64,000 bases of DNA from an uncultured Anaerolineaceae bacterium (lineage in GTDB: Bacteria; Chloroflexota; Limnocylindria; Limnocylindrales; CSP1-4). Positions 29,838 to 37,773 of this stretch are shown piece after piece. Positions within the stretch are counted from its first letter, which is position 1; every line of letters starts with the position of its first letter. The notes below the pieces were generated by a model, which searched no databases, was not told where the DNA came from, and saw only the letters and a list, made by a program, of their open reading frames with translations. The stretch spans positions 4,261 through 68,260 of the forward strand of contig CAZENL010000002.1 of assembly GCA_964513505.1 (NCBI GenBank). Reading direction: 5' to 3'. Position numbers and translations under genes: made by a program.

Positions 29838-30784
29838 CCATCGAACGCATGAACCTGAGCTGCGACGAAGTGGACGAGCTGGCCGGCCTCTACGTGCTCG
29901 ACGCGCTGGAGCCCGCGGAGGAAGACGCCGTCCGGAGCCACCTCGCGACGTGCGTCAAACCGCATGCGGACTTCGCCGCCGTGGGTAGTGCCGTGCCGGC
30001 CCTGCTCGCCACCATCCAGGTGGTGGAGCCGCCAGCCGAGTTGCGCGCGCAGGTCCTCGCCACGATCGCAGCGACACCGCAGGTTGCGGATGCCACGGCT
30101 CTGCCACGGGCGACCCCGGCCGCGCCTCCCGCGCCCGTCGCGCCCGCGCCCGTCGCGCCCGCGCCCGCGCCCGTCGCGCCCGTCGCGCCTGCTCCGGCCG
30201 GGGTCCGACCGGCGGGGCCCATCTCGCTCCCCGCAGAACGGGAGCGGCGCGCCGCCCGCTTTGGCAGGACGTGGCAGACGGTCGTTGCCGCGGCGGCCGT
30301 GCTGCTCATCGTGGTCCTCGGCGCGACCACGTTCGCGTTCCAGCGCCAGGCGGCGGACGCGGAGGCGCGTGCCAACACGCTGAGCGCGGCGATCGCGGCC
30401 AGCCTGGATCCGAACAGTTCCACGGCCAGCCTGCGCGGCAGCGGTGTGGCTGCGGCTGCAGCCGGATTTGCGGCCTTCCCGCCCTCAGGCGGCGGCTACC
30501 TGGTGATCCGCGGGCTGCCGGATGTGCCCGCCGGCAAGACGTACGAGGCATGGTTCCTCGCGGGCACGACGCCGTACCCGTCCGTGTTGCTCACCGTTGG
30601 GTCGGACGGGCTGGCGGTCGTCAAGGACCTGGCGATGGTGCCCGGCGCGGATGCCATGGCACTCACGGTCGAGCCCGCGGGTGGGAGCCAGGCGCCGACG
30701 AGCACGCCCATCGTGGTCGGGAAGATGCAGGCTGGGCCGGCTGCGCGCGTCATGCCCGCGCGCCTGGTGGCGTCGAGCCGCTAG
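29834..30784 (+). CDS. Anti-sigma factor, RskA-like (N-terminal anti-sigma domain, TM helix, C-terminal RskA-type extracytoplasmic domain)
   Basis: ATGA overlap with the sigma gene. The N-terminus (LYVLDALEPAEEDAVRSHLATC) resembles anti-sigma-K. There is one TM helix (VVAAAAVLLIVVLGATTFAF). An internal (PAPVA)n repeat is present. Confidence 0.7.
   Translation: MTIERMNLSCDEVDELAGLYVLDALEPAEEDAVRSHLATCVKPHADFAAVGSAVPALLATIQVVEPPAELRAQVLATIAATPQVADATALPRATPAAPPAPVAPAPVAPAPAPVAPVAPAPAGVRPAGPISLPAERERRAARFGRTWQTVVAAAAVLLIVVLGATTFAFQRQAADAEARANTLSAAIAASLDPNSSTASLRGSGVAAAAAGFAAFPPSGGGYLVIRGLPDVPAGKTYEAWFLAGTTPYPSVLLTVGSDGLAVVKDLAMVPGADAMALTVEPAGGSQAPTSTPIVVGKMQAGPAARVMPARLVASSR
30120..30205 (+). 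repeat. Tandem 15-nt repeat (GCGCCCGCGCCCGTC-like) encoding (PAPVA)n in the anti-sigma factor
   Basis: Five to six direct copies. Confidence 0.6.
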
Positions 30785-31782
30785 CTCGCGGAGACGAAGC
30801 TCCCCGGTCCCTTGGCGTGGGCCTGTTCCAGTGCGTCCTTCGCGGCCGCCAGCAGCGCAGTCGCGGTGGCGCCGTCCTCGGGGGACCTGGCGATCCCGAT
30901 CGAGACGGTGATGGGTGCTCCGGGCGTCGGCTCCAGGACTGCGATGGCGGCCCGAATGCGCCCCGCGACGATCGGTCCGCCTTCACCTGGGGCGATGACG
31001 CCGAACTGACCGCCTGCAAGGCGCGCAACGGTGTCCACGAGGCGGACCTCTGAGGCGAGCGTGGCAGCCACCCGACGCAGCACGTCGTCCGCCACGCCGG
31101 CTCCCTGGCTTTCGGTGATGGTGTCCAGGCCATCGACGTCGAAGAGGCACACGCCGACGGCACTGTGCTGGCGGTCCGCGCGGGCCATCTCCAGCTCCAG
31201 CATCTGCTCGAAGGTGGGGCGGTTGGCGAGACCTGTCAGCGCGTCCGTGTGCGTGAGGCGCTCGTGGTAGGCCGACTGCTCGGTCAGGGCATTCTGGAGC
31301 CGCACCTGGCGGATCGCCACGCCGGCGAGGTCCGCGAGCGCGGCGACAGAGTCCATGGACACCGAACCGATCTCCGGACCGTCAAGGCCGAGCACCAGCA
31401 GGCCCTCGATGTGCGGGCCGCTCTCCTCCTCCACCACCAGCGGCACGAAGGTGTAGCCCGTGGCGGGCAGCAGGGCGTGGATCTCCGGACGCGGAGTCGC
31501 GTTCTCTGCTGGGACCGGACGGCGGTCGCGAATGGCGGTCGCCAGGGCGTCGTCCGCCGTTTCCGGATCGATGACGTGCAGGCCGTCCGGCGTGACCAGG
31601 TGGCCTGCCTCCGGGTCGTACAGGAGGACGGCGCTGGAGCTGGCGCCCGAGATCACGCGGGCATGCTCGGCCAGCGCTCGGAGCTTCTCATCGAGGTCGC
31701 CGCCATGGGCGAGGACGCGGGCGGCCTCCAGGAGGCTGAGGCTGCCGGCAGTGGTCGGATCGTTCGCCATCGCAACGATCAT
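30781..31782 (-). CDS. GAF-GGDEF diguanylate cyclase
   Basis: GAF-like N-terminus, then GGDEF motifs (RLAGGQFGV-type degenerate-to-active site plus DALTGLANR). Start chosen at the ATG giving MIVAMANDP. Confidence 0.8.
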   Translation of the reverse strand: MIVAMANDPTTAGSLSLLEAARVLAHGGDLDEKLRALAEHARVISGASSSAVLLYDPEAGHLVTPDGLHVIDPETADDALATAIRDRRPVPAENATPRPEIHALLPATGYTFVPLVVEEESGPHIEGLLVLGLDGPEIGSVSMDSVAALADLAGVAIRQVRLQNALTEQSAYHERLTHTDALTGLANRPTFEQMLELEMARADRQHSAVGVCLFDVDGLDTITESQGAGVADDVLRRVAATLASEVRLVDTVARLAGGQFGVIAPGEGGPIVAGRIRAAIAVLEPTPGAPITVSIGIARSPEDGATATALLAAAKDALEQAHAKGPGSFVSAS

Positions 31783-31832
31783 ATGCGCTGGCGCGCGCCG
31801 CCGCGGGCCAGACGGCGATTCCGGCGCTGGTT

Positions 31833-32885
31833 TCAAGAGCCGGCCGCCTCTCCGCGGTCGATCAAGGCGGCGTAGGTGTCGGCATCCACGTTGCCGCCGC
31901 TCAGCAAGGAGACGACCGGTCCGTCAGCCGGCAGCTCGTCCGCATGGAAGAGCCAGGCGGCGAGGGAAACGGCCCCGGATGGCTCCACGATCAGGCGCGC
32001 CAGGTCGCGGGCCCGGACCATGGCGCGACAGATTTCCGTCTCGGTCACGGTCAGCACACCGTCCAGGTAGGCCTGGAGCTGGGGGAACGTGAAGCGGCCA
32101 AGCGCGCTGGTGCGGACGCCGTCGGCGATCGTGCGGCCGGTCAACGCCGCGTCCCAGCGCACGATGTGCCCTTCCAGCAGGGACTGGCGCGCGTCGGCGG
32201 CCAGCTCCGGCTCGACGCCGAAGACGCGCGCCTCCGGCCGGATCGACTTCACGGCCGTCGCCACGCCCGAGGCGAGGCCGCCGCCGCCGACGGGAACCAG
32301 CACGGTAAAAGGCAGTCCGGCAGGGGCGATGGCAGCCCGCCCGCCCGCACCGATGTCCTCGGCGATCTCCAGCCCGGCCGTGGCCTGCCCGGCGATGATG
32401 CGCGGGTCGTCGTAGCTGGGGATCAGCACCATGCCGTGCCGGTCTGCCAATTCGTGGGCGCGCTGGCTCCGTTCGTCGCTCGCGGGTCCGACGACCACGA
32501 TCTCGGCTCCGTCGGCAGCCACCCGCTCCGCCTTCACGCGGGGAGCGTCGTCCGGCATCACCACGATCGCCCGGATGCCGAGCAGGCGCGCCGCCCGGGC
32601 CACACCCTGGGCGTGATTGCCGCTCGACGCGGTCACCACGCCGCGTCCGCGCTCCTCGGCAGTGAGTTGTGCCAGCGTGTTGTAGGCGCCTCGCAGTTTG
32701 AACGCGCCGATGGGCTGGAGGAGCTCCGGCTTGAGCCACGCTCGGGGATGCCCAAGAAGGTTGCCGGGGATCGGCGGCCCGAACGGCAGCAGTGGTGTCC
32801 GGACGGTGATGCCGCGGAGCCGCACGGCGGCAGCGCGAATTTCGTCCAGCGTGACCAGGGAGGGAGGGTTCTGCGGCTCGGTCAC
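31833..32885 (-). CDS. Threonine/serine dehydratase (PLP fold-type II)
   Basis: PLP-lysine motif (IGAFKLRGAYN), Gly-rich loop (VPVGGGGLASG) and SGNHAQG are present. GTG start at VTEPQN. The upstream 210 codons of the ORF-track entry are antisense to the GuaB3-like gene. Confidence 0.8.
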   Translation of the reverse strand: MTEPQNPPSLVTLDEIRAAAVRLRGITVRTPLLPFGPPIPGNLLGHPRAWLKPELLQPIGAFKLRGAYNTLAQLTAEERGRGVVTASSGNHAQGVARAARLLGIRAIVVMPDDAPRVKAERVAADGAEIVVVGPASDERSQRAHELADRHGMVLIPSYDDPRIIAGQATAGLEIAEDIGAGGRAAIAPAGLPFTVLVPVGGGGLASGVATAVKSIRPEARVFGVEPELAADARQSLLEGHIVRWDAALTGRTIADGVRTSALGRFTFPQLQAYLDGVLTVTETEICRAMVRARDLARLIVEPSGAVSLAAWLFHADELPADGPVVSLLSGGNVDADTYAALIDRGEAAGS

Positions 32886-32999
32886 CCCGGTATACTGCCG
32901 AACACGCTGGCGGGCTGCTCGGAGCCCGTGCTGGAGCAGGAGGAGCCGTCGACCTTGACGCTCGAGACCGGAATCCAGGCGGTCGAGCGCCCGCTCGGG

Positions 33000-34157
33000 G
33001 TGGGACCTTCTCAACCGCGCCGAGCGTCCAAGGTCGATTCGATCCGCCCGACCTACGGCTTCGACGACGTCTCCCTCGCGCCCGGGGTCGAGACCATCGA
33101 GCCTTCCGAGGTTGATACCTCGCTGGACTTCTGCGGCTTGAAGCTGCGCGTGCCGATCCTGGCTGCGGCCATGGACGCCGTGGTGGACGTCCGTTTCGCG
33201 GGCGTGCTGGCAGGTCTCGGCGGAGTCGCCGTGCTGAACCTCGAGGGCGTGCAGACGCGCTACGACGATCCGGACGGCGTGCTGGCGCGCATCGCCGCGG
33301 CTTCGGACGAAACCGTGCACGACCTGCTGGCCGAGGTCTATTCGGCGCCCATCCGCCAGGACCTGGTGAAGCGACGCATCGCGGAGCTGAAGGCAGCGGG
33401 ATCGCCGGCCGTCGTGTCGGCCACGCCGGCCGCCGCGCAGAAGTGGGGCCGCTTCACGGCCGAGCATGGTGCGGACGTATTCCTGGTCCAGTCGCAGGTC
33501 TCGTCCGCGCGGCACCTCGCATCCGGCTACGACCCACTGGAGCTGGCCGAGTTCACGCGCCAGATGCGCATCCCCGTGGCGGTCGGCAACACCACCTCGT
33601 ACGACGCGGCGTACCAGTTGATGGGCCAGGGGATCGCCGCGATCTTCGTCGGCGTGGGACCGGGCGCAGCCTGCACCACGCGCGAGGTGCTGGGCATCGG
33701 CGTACCGCAGGTGACGGCCATCTCGGACGTGGCCGCGGCCCGCGACGCCTTCTTTGACGACACCGGAAGGTATGTGGCCGTGGTCGCTGACGGCGGCATG
33801 CGGCGCGGCGGCGAACTGGCCAAGGCCGTGGCCGCCGGCGCGGACGCGCTGATGCTCGGCTCCAACCTGGCACGCGCCGCCGAGGCGCCGGGTCGCGGCA
33901 CCAACTGGGGCATGGCCGCTCCCTCGCCGACGCTGCCGCGCGGCACGCGCATCCGCGTCGGCACGGTCGGGCCGCTGGCGCAGATCCTGTTCGGCCCGTC
34001 CGCGGTGGTTGACGGGTCACAAAACCTGGTGGGGGCGCTGCAGCAGTCCATGGCGGCACTCGGTGCCCGCGACCTGCGCGCCATGCAGCAGGTTGAGATG
34101 GTCTACGCGCCCTCGGTCGCGGTCGAAGGCAAGTCCTGGCAGCAGCGAGGCCGCTGA
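33000..34157 (+). CDS. GuaB3-like IMP dehydrogenase-related protein (IMPDH/GMPR family, no CBS pair)
   Basis: Aligns along its length with the mycobacterial GuaB3 type (TIM barrel; VADGGMRRGGELAKAVAAGADALMLGS; C-terminal PTLPRG...NLVGAL). GTG start at VGPSQ. The first ~350 codons of the 737-aa ORF-track entry are antisense to the dehydratase. Confidence 0.8.
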   Translation: MGPSQPRRASKVDSIRPTYGFDDVSLAPGVETIEPSEVDTSLDFCGLKLRVPILAAAMDAVVDVRFAGVLAGLGGVAVLNLEGVQTRYDDPDGVLARIAAASDETVHDLLAEVYSAPIRQDLVKRRIAELKAAGSPAVVSATPAAAQKWGRFTAEHGADVFLVQSQVSSARHLASGYDPLELAEFTRQMRIPVAVGNTTSYDAAYQLMGQGIAAIFVGVGPGAACTTREVLGIGVPQVTAISDVAAARDAFFDDTGRYVAVVADGGMRRGGELAKAVAAGADALMLGSNLARAAEAPGRGTNWGMAAPSPTLPRGTRIRVGTVGPLAQILFGPSAVVDGSQNLVGALQQSMAALGARDLRAMQQVEMVYAPSVAVEGKSWQQRGR

Positions 34158-34208
34158 GGCACCGTTCTGGGCCCCGAAACCGCCCACCTCCGTCCTCTGG
34201 CAGGCAGG

Positions 34209-34229
34209 TTTCCAATCCGATTGGACAGG
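34209..34229. repeat. Palindromic box copy A (TTTCCAATCCGATTGGACAGG), in inverted orientation
   Basis: The core TCCAATCCGATTGGA is a perfect 15-bp palindrome. It lies 168-188 nt upstream of the XRE gene start. Confidence 0.5.
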
Positions 34230-34396
34230 CCGCGCCCTTCACGACGCTCAAAGCGGCGAGGCGCCCGTCCCTGAGCTGATTGAGACTCGGAGTCGGCCGC
34301 GCGGCAGCATGTTGGACGTTATCGCGTCGCCGCGCGAGGTTGATTCATAGGTTCAGGGACGTCACCGCGGTGGATAACCGTCAGGTAAGAGCCTGG

Positions 34397-34420
34397 GTGT
34401 CCAATCCATTTGGAATGTCG
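34397..34420. repeat. Palindromic box copy B (GTGTCCAATCCATTTGGAATGTCG), overlapping the XRE gene start codons
   Basis: Same family as A, C and D. The right half-site is degenerate (ATTTGGA). Confidence 0.5.
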
Positions 34421-35263
34421 CCCCAGATGGTGCCCGGACGCCTGCCGGCGACCCGAAGCAAGCTCGACCAGATCGTCGCGGTCGCGGGCAGCCGCATCCG
34501 AGCCGAGCGTCAGCGGAGGCGGTGGTCGCTGGCCACGCTCGCGGAGCGCGCTGGCGTCTCGAGATCGGCGGCCCAGGCGGCTGAGTCGGGCAAACACGCC
34601 TCGCTGGAGATGATCGTTGCGCTGAGTGCCGCGCTGGGGTTGAGCGTGGAGCTCGATCTCGTGGATCGGAAGCGCCGCGAGCGCCTGAGCTCGGTGCGTT
34701 CAGAAGACCCAGTTCACGCGGCGATGGGCGAGCTCGAAGCGCGACGTTTGCGTGGCCACGGCTTCAATGTGGCGTTGGACGAGCCTTACCAGCACTACCA
34801 GTTCAGCGGCCGGGCTGACCTGGTTGCCTGGTCTGCGGAGGATCGGGCGCTGCTCCATGTGGAGAACCGCACGCAGTTCCCTAACGTGCAGCAGAGCGTC
34901 GGCTCGTTCAACGCAAAACGCGCGTATTTAGCCGCGGAACTCGCCGACCGCCTGAGGCTCAGGCCGTTCCTGTCCGAGACGCACGTGATGGTCTGCCTCT
35001 GGTCGGCTGAGGTGCTGCACGCGCTACGGCTACATCCCGAGACGTTCCGCGCGACCTGCCCTGACCCGTCGAGCGGCTTCGGCGCCTGGTGGACTGGCGC
35101 GGCGCCGGCGCCAGGCCGCTCCGCGACCCTGGCCGTACTCGATCCATTCGCACGCGGACGGCAGCGGCCGTGGATCGACCTTGAGAGCGCCCTTTCCATC
35201 GCTCGGCCTCGGGCTCGCAGCTACGCACAGGCTGCGTCTCGCCTCCGCGACGCTCACAGATGA
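34397..35263 (+). CDS. XRE-family HTH transcriptional regulator with an uncharacterised ~200-aa C-terminal domain
   Basis: HTH_XRE (IRAERQRRRWSLATLAERAGVSRSAAQAAESGKHASLEMIVALSAALG). Candidate starts are GTG 34397, ATG 34415 and ATG 34427; a palindromic box overlaps the first two. Confidence 0.7.
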   Translation: MSNPFGMSPQMVPGRLPATRSKLDQIVAVAGSRIRAERQRRRWSLATLAERAGVSRSAAQAAESGKHASLEMIVALSAALGLSVELDLVDRKRRERLSSVRSEDPVHAAMGELEARRLRGHGFNVALDEPYQHYQFSGRADLVAWSAEDRALLHVENRTQFPNVQQSVGSFNAKRAYLAAELADRLRLRPFLSETHVMVCLWSAEVLHALRLHPETFRATCPDPSSGFGAWWTGAAPAPGRSATLAVLDPFARGRQRPWIDLESALSIARPRARSYAQAASRLRDAHR

Positions 35264-35337
35264 GCGCCGCCAAGGCGCGAATCGAGCGCGGTCGGCACCC
35301 GCCGACGGATGTGCGGGACGGCCCCGGGAGCGGCTCT

Positions 35338-35362
35338 GGCAACCCGTCGGCGACGGGTTGCC
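35338..35362. terminator. Perfect 25-bp palindrome GGCAACCCGTCGGCGACGGGTTGCC (hairpin with up to 12-bp stem); possible factor-independent terminator or structural element downstream of the XRE gene
   Basis: Exact palindrome, with coordinates fixed by ORF-frame arithmetic. No U-tract follows, which is common in high-GC genomes. Confidence 0.3.
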
Positions 35363-35378
35363 AATCGGATTGGACAGC
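35357..35378. repeat. Palindromic box copy C (GTTGCCAATCGGATTGGACAGC), immediately after a 25-bp perfect hairpin
   Basis: Core CCAATCGGATTGG. About 95 nt downstream of the XRE stop. Confidence 0.5.
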
Positions 35379-35534
35379 TCAGCCCCATCGGACGCCGTGA
35401 GCGGGGGATGGCAGGTCGGTGACCCGCGTACGCGCGCTCGTCGCCACCCGCCGGCTGACGGGATGCCCCATTCACGTCGCCCATTGCGCGGCTCGTGCCC
35501 CCCGGCGGGTCGCAACTGGCCTTCTGGGGCTCCC

Positions 35535-35560
35535 ATGTCCAATCCGATTGGAATGTCGGA
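35535..35560. repeat. Palindromic box copy D (ATGTCCAATCCGATTGGAATGTCGGA)
   Basis: Almost identical to copy B over 23 nt. About 40 nt from the ppk2 stop, which is convergent. Confidence 0.5.
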
Positions 35561-35600
35561 GGGCCCGAACCTCCGGGCGCTCGGGCGCTTGACCCGCTGC

Positions 35601-36470
35601 TCAGAACACCTCGGGCACGAAGGTCTGGTCGGTGATCGGCGGCCGGACATAGCCGCTTTCCGGCTGGCGCGGGGGAAGCACGATGGGTGCCGGCGTCAGG
35701 TCCTGGTAGGGGATCAGGCTCAGCAAGTGGTGGATGACGTTGAGCCGGGCGCGCTTCTTGTTGTCCGCGTTGACCACGTACCAGGGCGCCTGCTTGATGT
35801 CCGTGTGGGCGAACATCTCGTCCTTGGCCTTGGAGTACTCGACCCAGCGCGCGCGTGACTCCAGGTCCATCGGACTCAGTTTCCAGCGCTTGGTGGGATC
35901 CTCGATGCGGCTCTGGAATCGTCGCTCCTGCTCCGCGTCGCTGACCGAGAACCAGTACTTGATCAGCGTGACCCCGGAGCGCACCAGCATCCGCTCGAAC
36001 TCCGGGCAGGAGCGCATGAACTCCTGGTACTCCTCATCCGTGCAAAAGCCCATCACGCGCTCGACCCCGGCGCGGTTGTACCAGCTGCGGTCGAACAGGA
36101 CCATCTCGCCCGCCGCCGGAAGGTGGACCGCATAGCGCTGGAAATACCACTGCGACTTCTCGCGCTCGGTCGGCGCCGGCAGCGCCAGCACACGCGCGTA
36201 GCGAGGGTTCAGGCTGAGCGTGATGGTCTTGATGGCGCCGCCCTTCCCGGCGGCGTCTCGGCCTTCGAACACGATCGCGACCTTGAGGCCTTGCTGGCGG
36301 ATCCACTCCTGCAGCTTGACCAGCTCCACCTGGAGGATGGCGAGCTCCCGCAGATAGGCCTTGTTGGAGATGGTCCGCGCGGTCGCCCCGAGCTCTTCGA
36401 CCGGCGGGTCCGACCAGACCTCGGCCAGCTCCTCGCTCTGCTCGCGCTGTTCGCTCCTGGTCTTGGGCAT
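35601..36470 (-). CDS. ppk2: Polyphosphate kinase 2 (PPK2)
   Basis: Walker A (FEGRDAAGKGG), Walker B and lid (LFDRSWYNRAGVERVMGF), single-domain PPK2. Confidence 0.9.
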   Translation of the reverse strand: MPKTRSEQREQSEELAEVWSDPPVEELGATARTISNKAYLRELAILQVELVKLQEWIRQQGLKVAIVFEGRDAAGKGGAIKTITLSLNPRYARVLALPAPTEREKSQWYFQRYAVHLPAAGEMVLFDRSWYNRAGVERVMGFCTDEEYQEFMRSCPEFERMLVRSGVTLIKYWFSVSDAEQERRFQSRIEDPTKRWKLSPMDLESRARWVEYSKAKDEMFAHTDIKQAPWYVVNADNKKRARLNVIHHLLSLIPYQDLTPAPIVLPPRQPESGYVRPPITDQTFVPEVF

Positions 36471-36566
36471 CGCGCGCTCTCCCTGAGCCGGTGGCCGAAC
36501 CGACCAGGCGTCGCGAACGAAGCGCCTGCCGATGGCCGTGGGCTACCACGCTACTACCATGCCGGT

Positions 36567-37703
36567 GTGCGACTGCGCGACCTGGGCATCACCATCGGCC
36601 TGCTGCCGACGGGGCCACTCAACGCCATCACGGATGTGCCGGGCGTGCGGGTTGGCCACACCACGCTGATCCGCGACGAGACGCGGGAGGACGGCACGCC
36701 CAGCGCCGTCCGGACCGGTGTCACCGTGATCGTGCCGCACGACGGCGACCTCTGGCGCGAAGCCATCTACGCGGGTTGCCACCGGCTCAACGGCAACGGC
36801 GAGCTGACCGGTCTCGAATGGATCCGCGAGGCGGGCCTGTTGGAGGGCCCCATCGCGATCACCAACACCAAGAGCGTCGGCACGGTCCGGGACGCGATCA
36901 TCGCCGCGGCGGCCCGCGACCGGACCCCGGACGAGTTCTGGGACCTGCCGGTGGTCGGCGAGACGTGGGACGGCTGGCTCAATGACATCAACCGCCAGAT
37001 CGTCGGTGCGGAGCACCTATTCTCGGCGCTCGATTCGGCGGTCGCCGGACCGGTCCAGGAGGGAAACGTCGGTGGCGGCACCGGCATGATCTGCCACGAG
37101 TTCAAGGGCGGCATCGGAACGGCGTCGCGACGCGTGCCGGAGGCGGACGGCGGCTACATCGTCGGGGTTCTGGTGCAGGCGAACTACGGCCGTCGCGATC
37201 GCCTGGCCATCGACGGCGTGCAGGTGGGCCGCGCGATCGGCTTCGACGTCGTTCCCTCCGCCTGGGACGAGCCGCATCAAGCCACCGGCGCCGGGTCGAT
37301 CATCGTGATCGTCGGCACGGACGCGCCGCTGCTGCCGCATCAGTGCACCCGCCTCGCGCAGCGTGCCGGCCTTGGCGTGGCGCGAACGGGTGGCGGCGGC
37401 GAAAACGGCAGCGGCGACCTGTTCCTTGCCTTCGCGACCGGCAACCGCGGACTGGCGGGCCTGGAACCCGAGCAGGCGCCGCTGACGCACGCGCTCACCG
37501 CCGTCGACGACGCCCGCATCAACCCGCTCTTCTGGGCAACCATCGAGGCCACGGAGGAGGCGATCGCCAACGCCCTCGTGGCCGCGCAGACCATGACCGG
37601 GCAGCGGGGCCGCGTTGCACACGCGTTGCCCCACGACCGGCTGCGCGAGGTATTCCTGAGCCAGCGCGAGCCGGACACTCCGCAGACCCGACAGGCAAGC
37701 TGA
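36567..37703 (+). CDS. DmpA/ArgJ-fold L-aminopeptidase (peptidase S58/P1 family)
   Basis: GTG start gives MRLRDLGITIGLLPTGPLNAITDVPGVRVGHTT, the hallmark DmpA N-terminus. The self-cleavage Gly-Ser/Thr region is GTDAPLL. ORF-track upstream codons are spurious. Confidence 0.8.
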   Translation: MRLRDLGITIGLLPTGPLNAITDVPGVRVGHTTLIRDETREDGTPSAVRTGVTVIVPHDGDLWREAIYAGCHRLNGNGELTGLEWIREAGLLEGPIAITNTKSVGTVRDAIIAAAARDRTPDEFWDLPVVGETWDGWLNDINRQIVGAEHLFSALDSAVAGPVQEGNVGGGTGMICHEFKGGIGTASRRVPEADGGYIVGVLVQANYGRRDRLAIDGVQVGRAIGFDVVPSAWDEPHQATGAGSIIVIVGTDAPLLPHQCTRLAQRAGLGVARTGGGGENGSGDLFLAFATGNRGLAGLEPEQAPLTHALTAVDDARINPLFWATIEATEEAIANALVAAQTMTGQRGRVAHALPHDRLREVFLSQREPDTPQTRQAS

Positions 37704-37773
37704 CATTCGGCCCCCGGCAGCGGGGCATTGCGCACTTCTCGCCGGCGCGTGTCGCCACGACCGTGGTGATCTC

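Noticed and set aside
31944-32997. N-terminal 352 codons of the 737-aa + ORF
   Set aside because: They are antisense to the threonine dehydratase gene. GuaB3 homology begins at the GTG at 33000.
35181-35858. 225-aa + ORF whose internal ATG lies in palindrome D and encodes MSNPIGMS (nearly identical to the XRE N-terminus VSNPFGMS)
   Set aside because: Considered as a truncated paralogue of the regulator. The remaining ORF is antisense to ppk2, has no HTH and is low-complexity. The similarity is explained by the DNA-level repeat.
36123-36566. Upstream 148 codons of the DmpA ORF-track entry, and the 36491..36985 + ORF
   Set aside because: The upstream codons are antisense to the ppk2 5' end, and the second ORF is out-of-frame. 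The DmpA signature N-terminus begins at the GTG at 36567.
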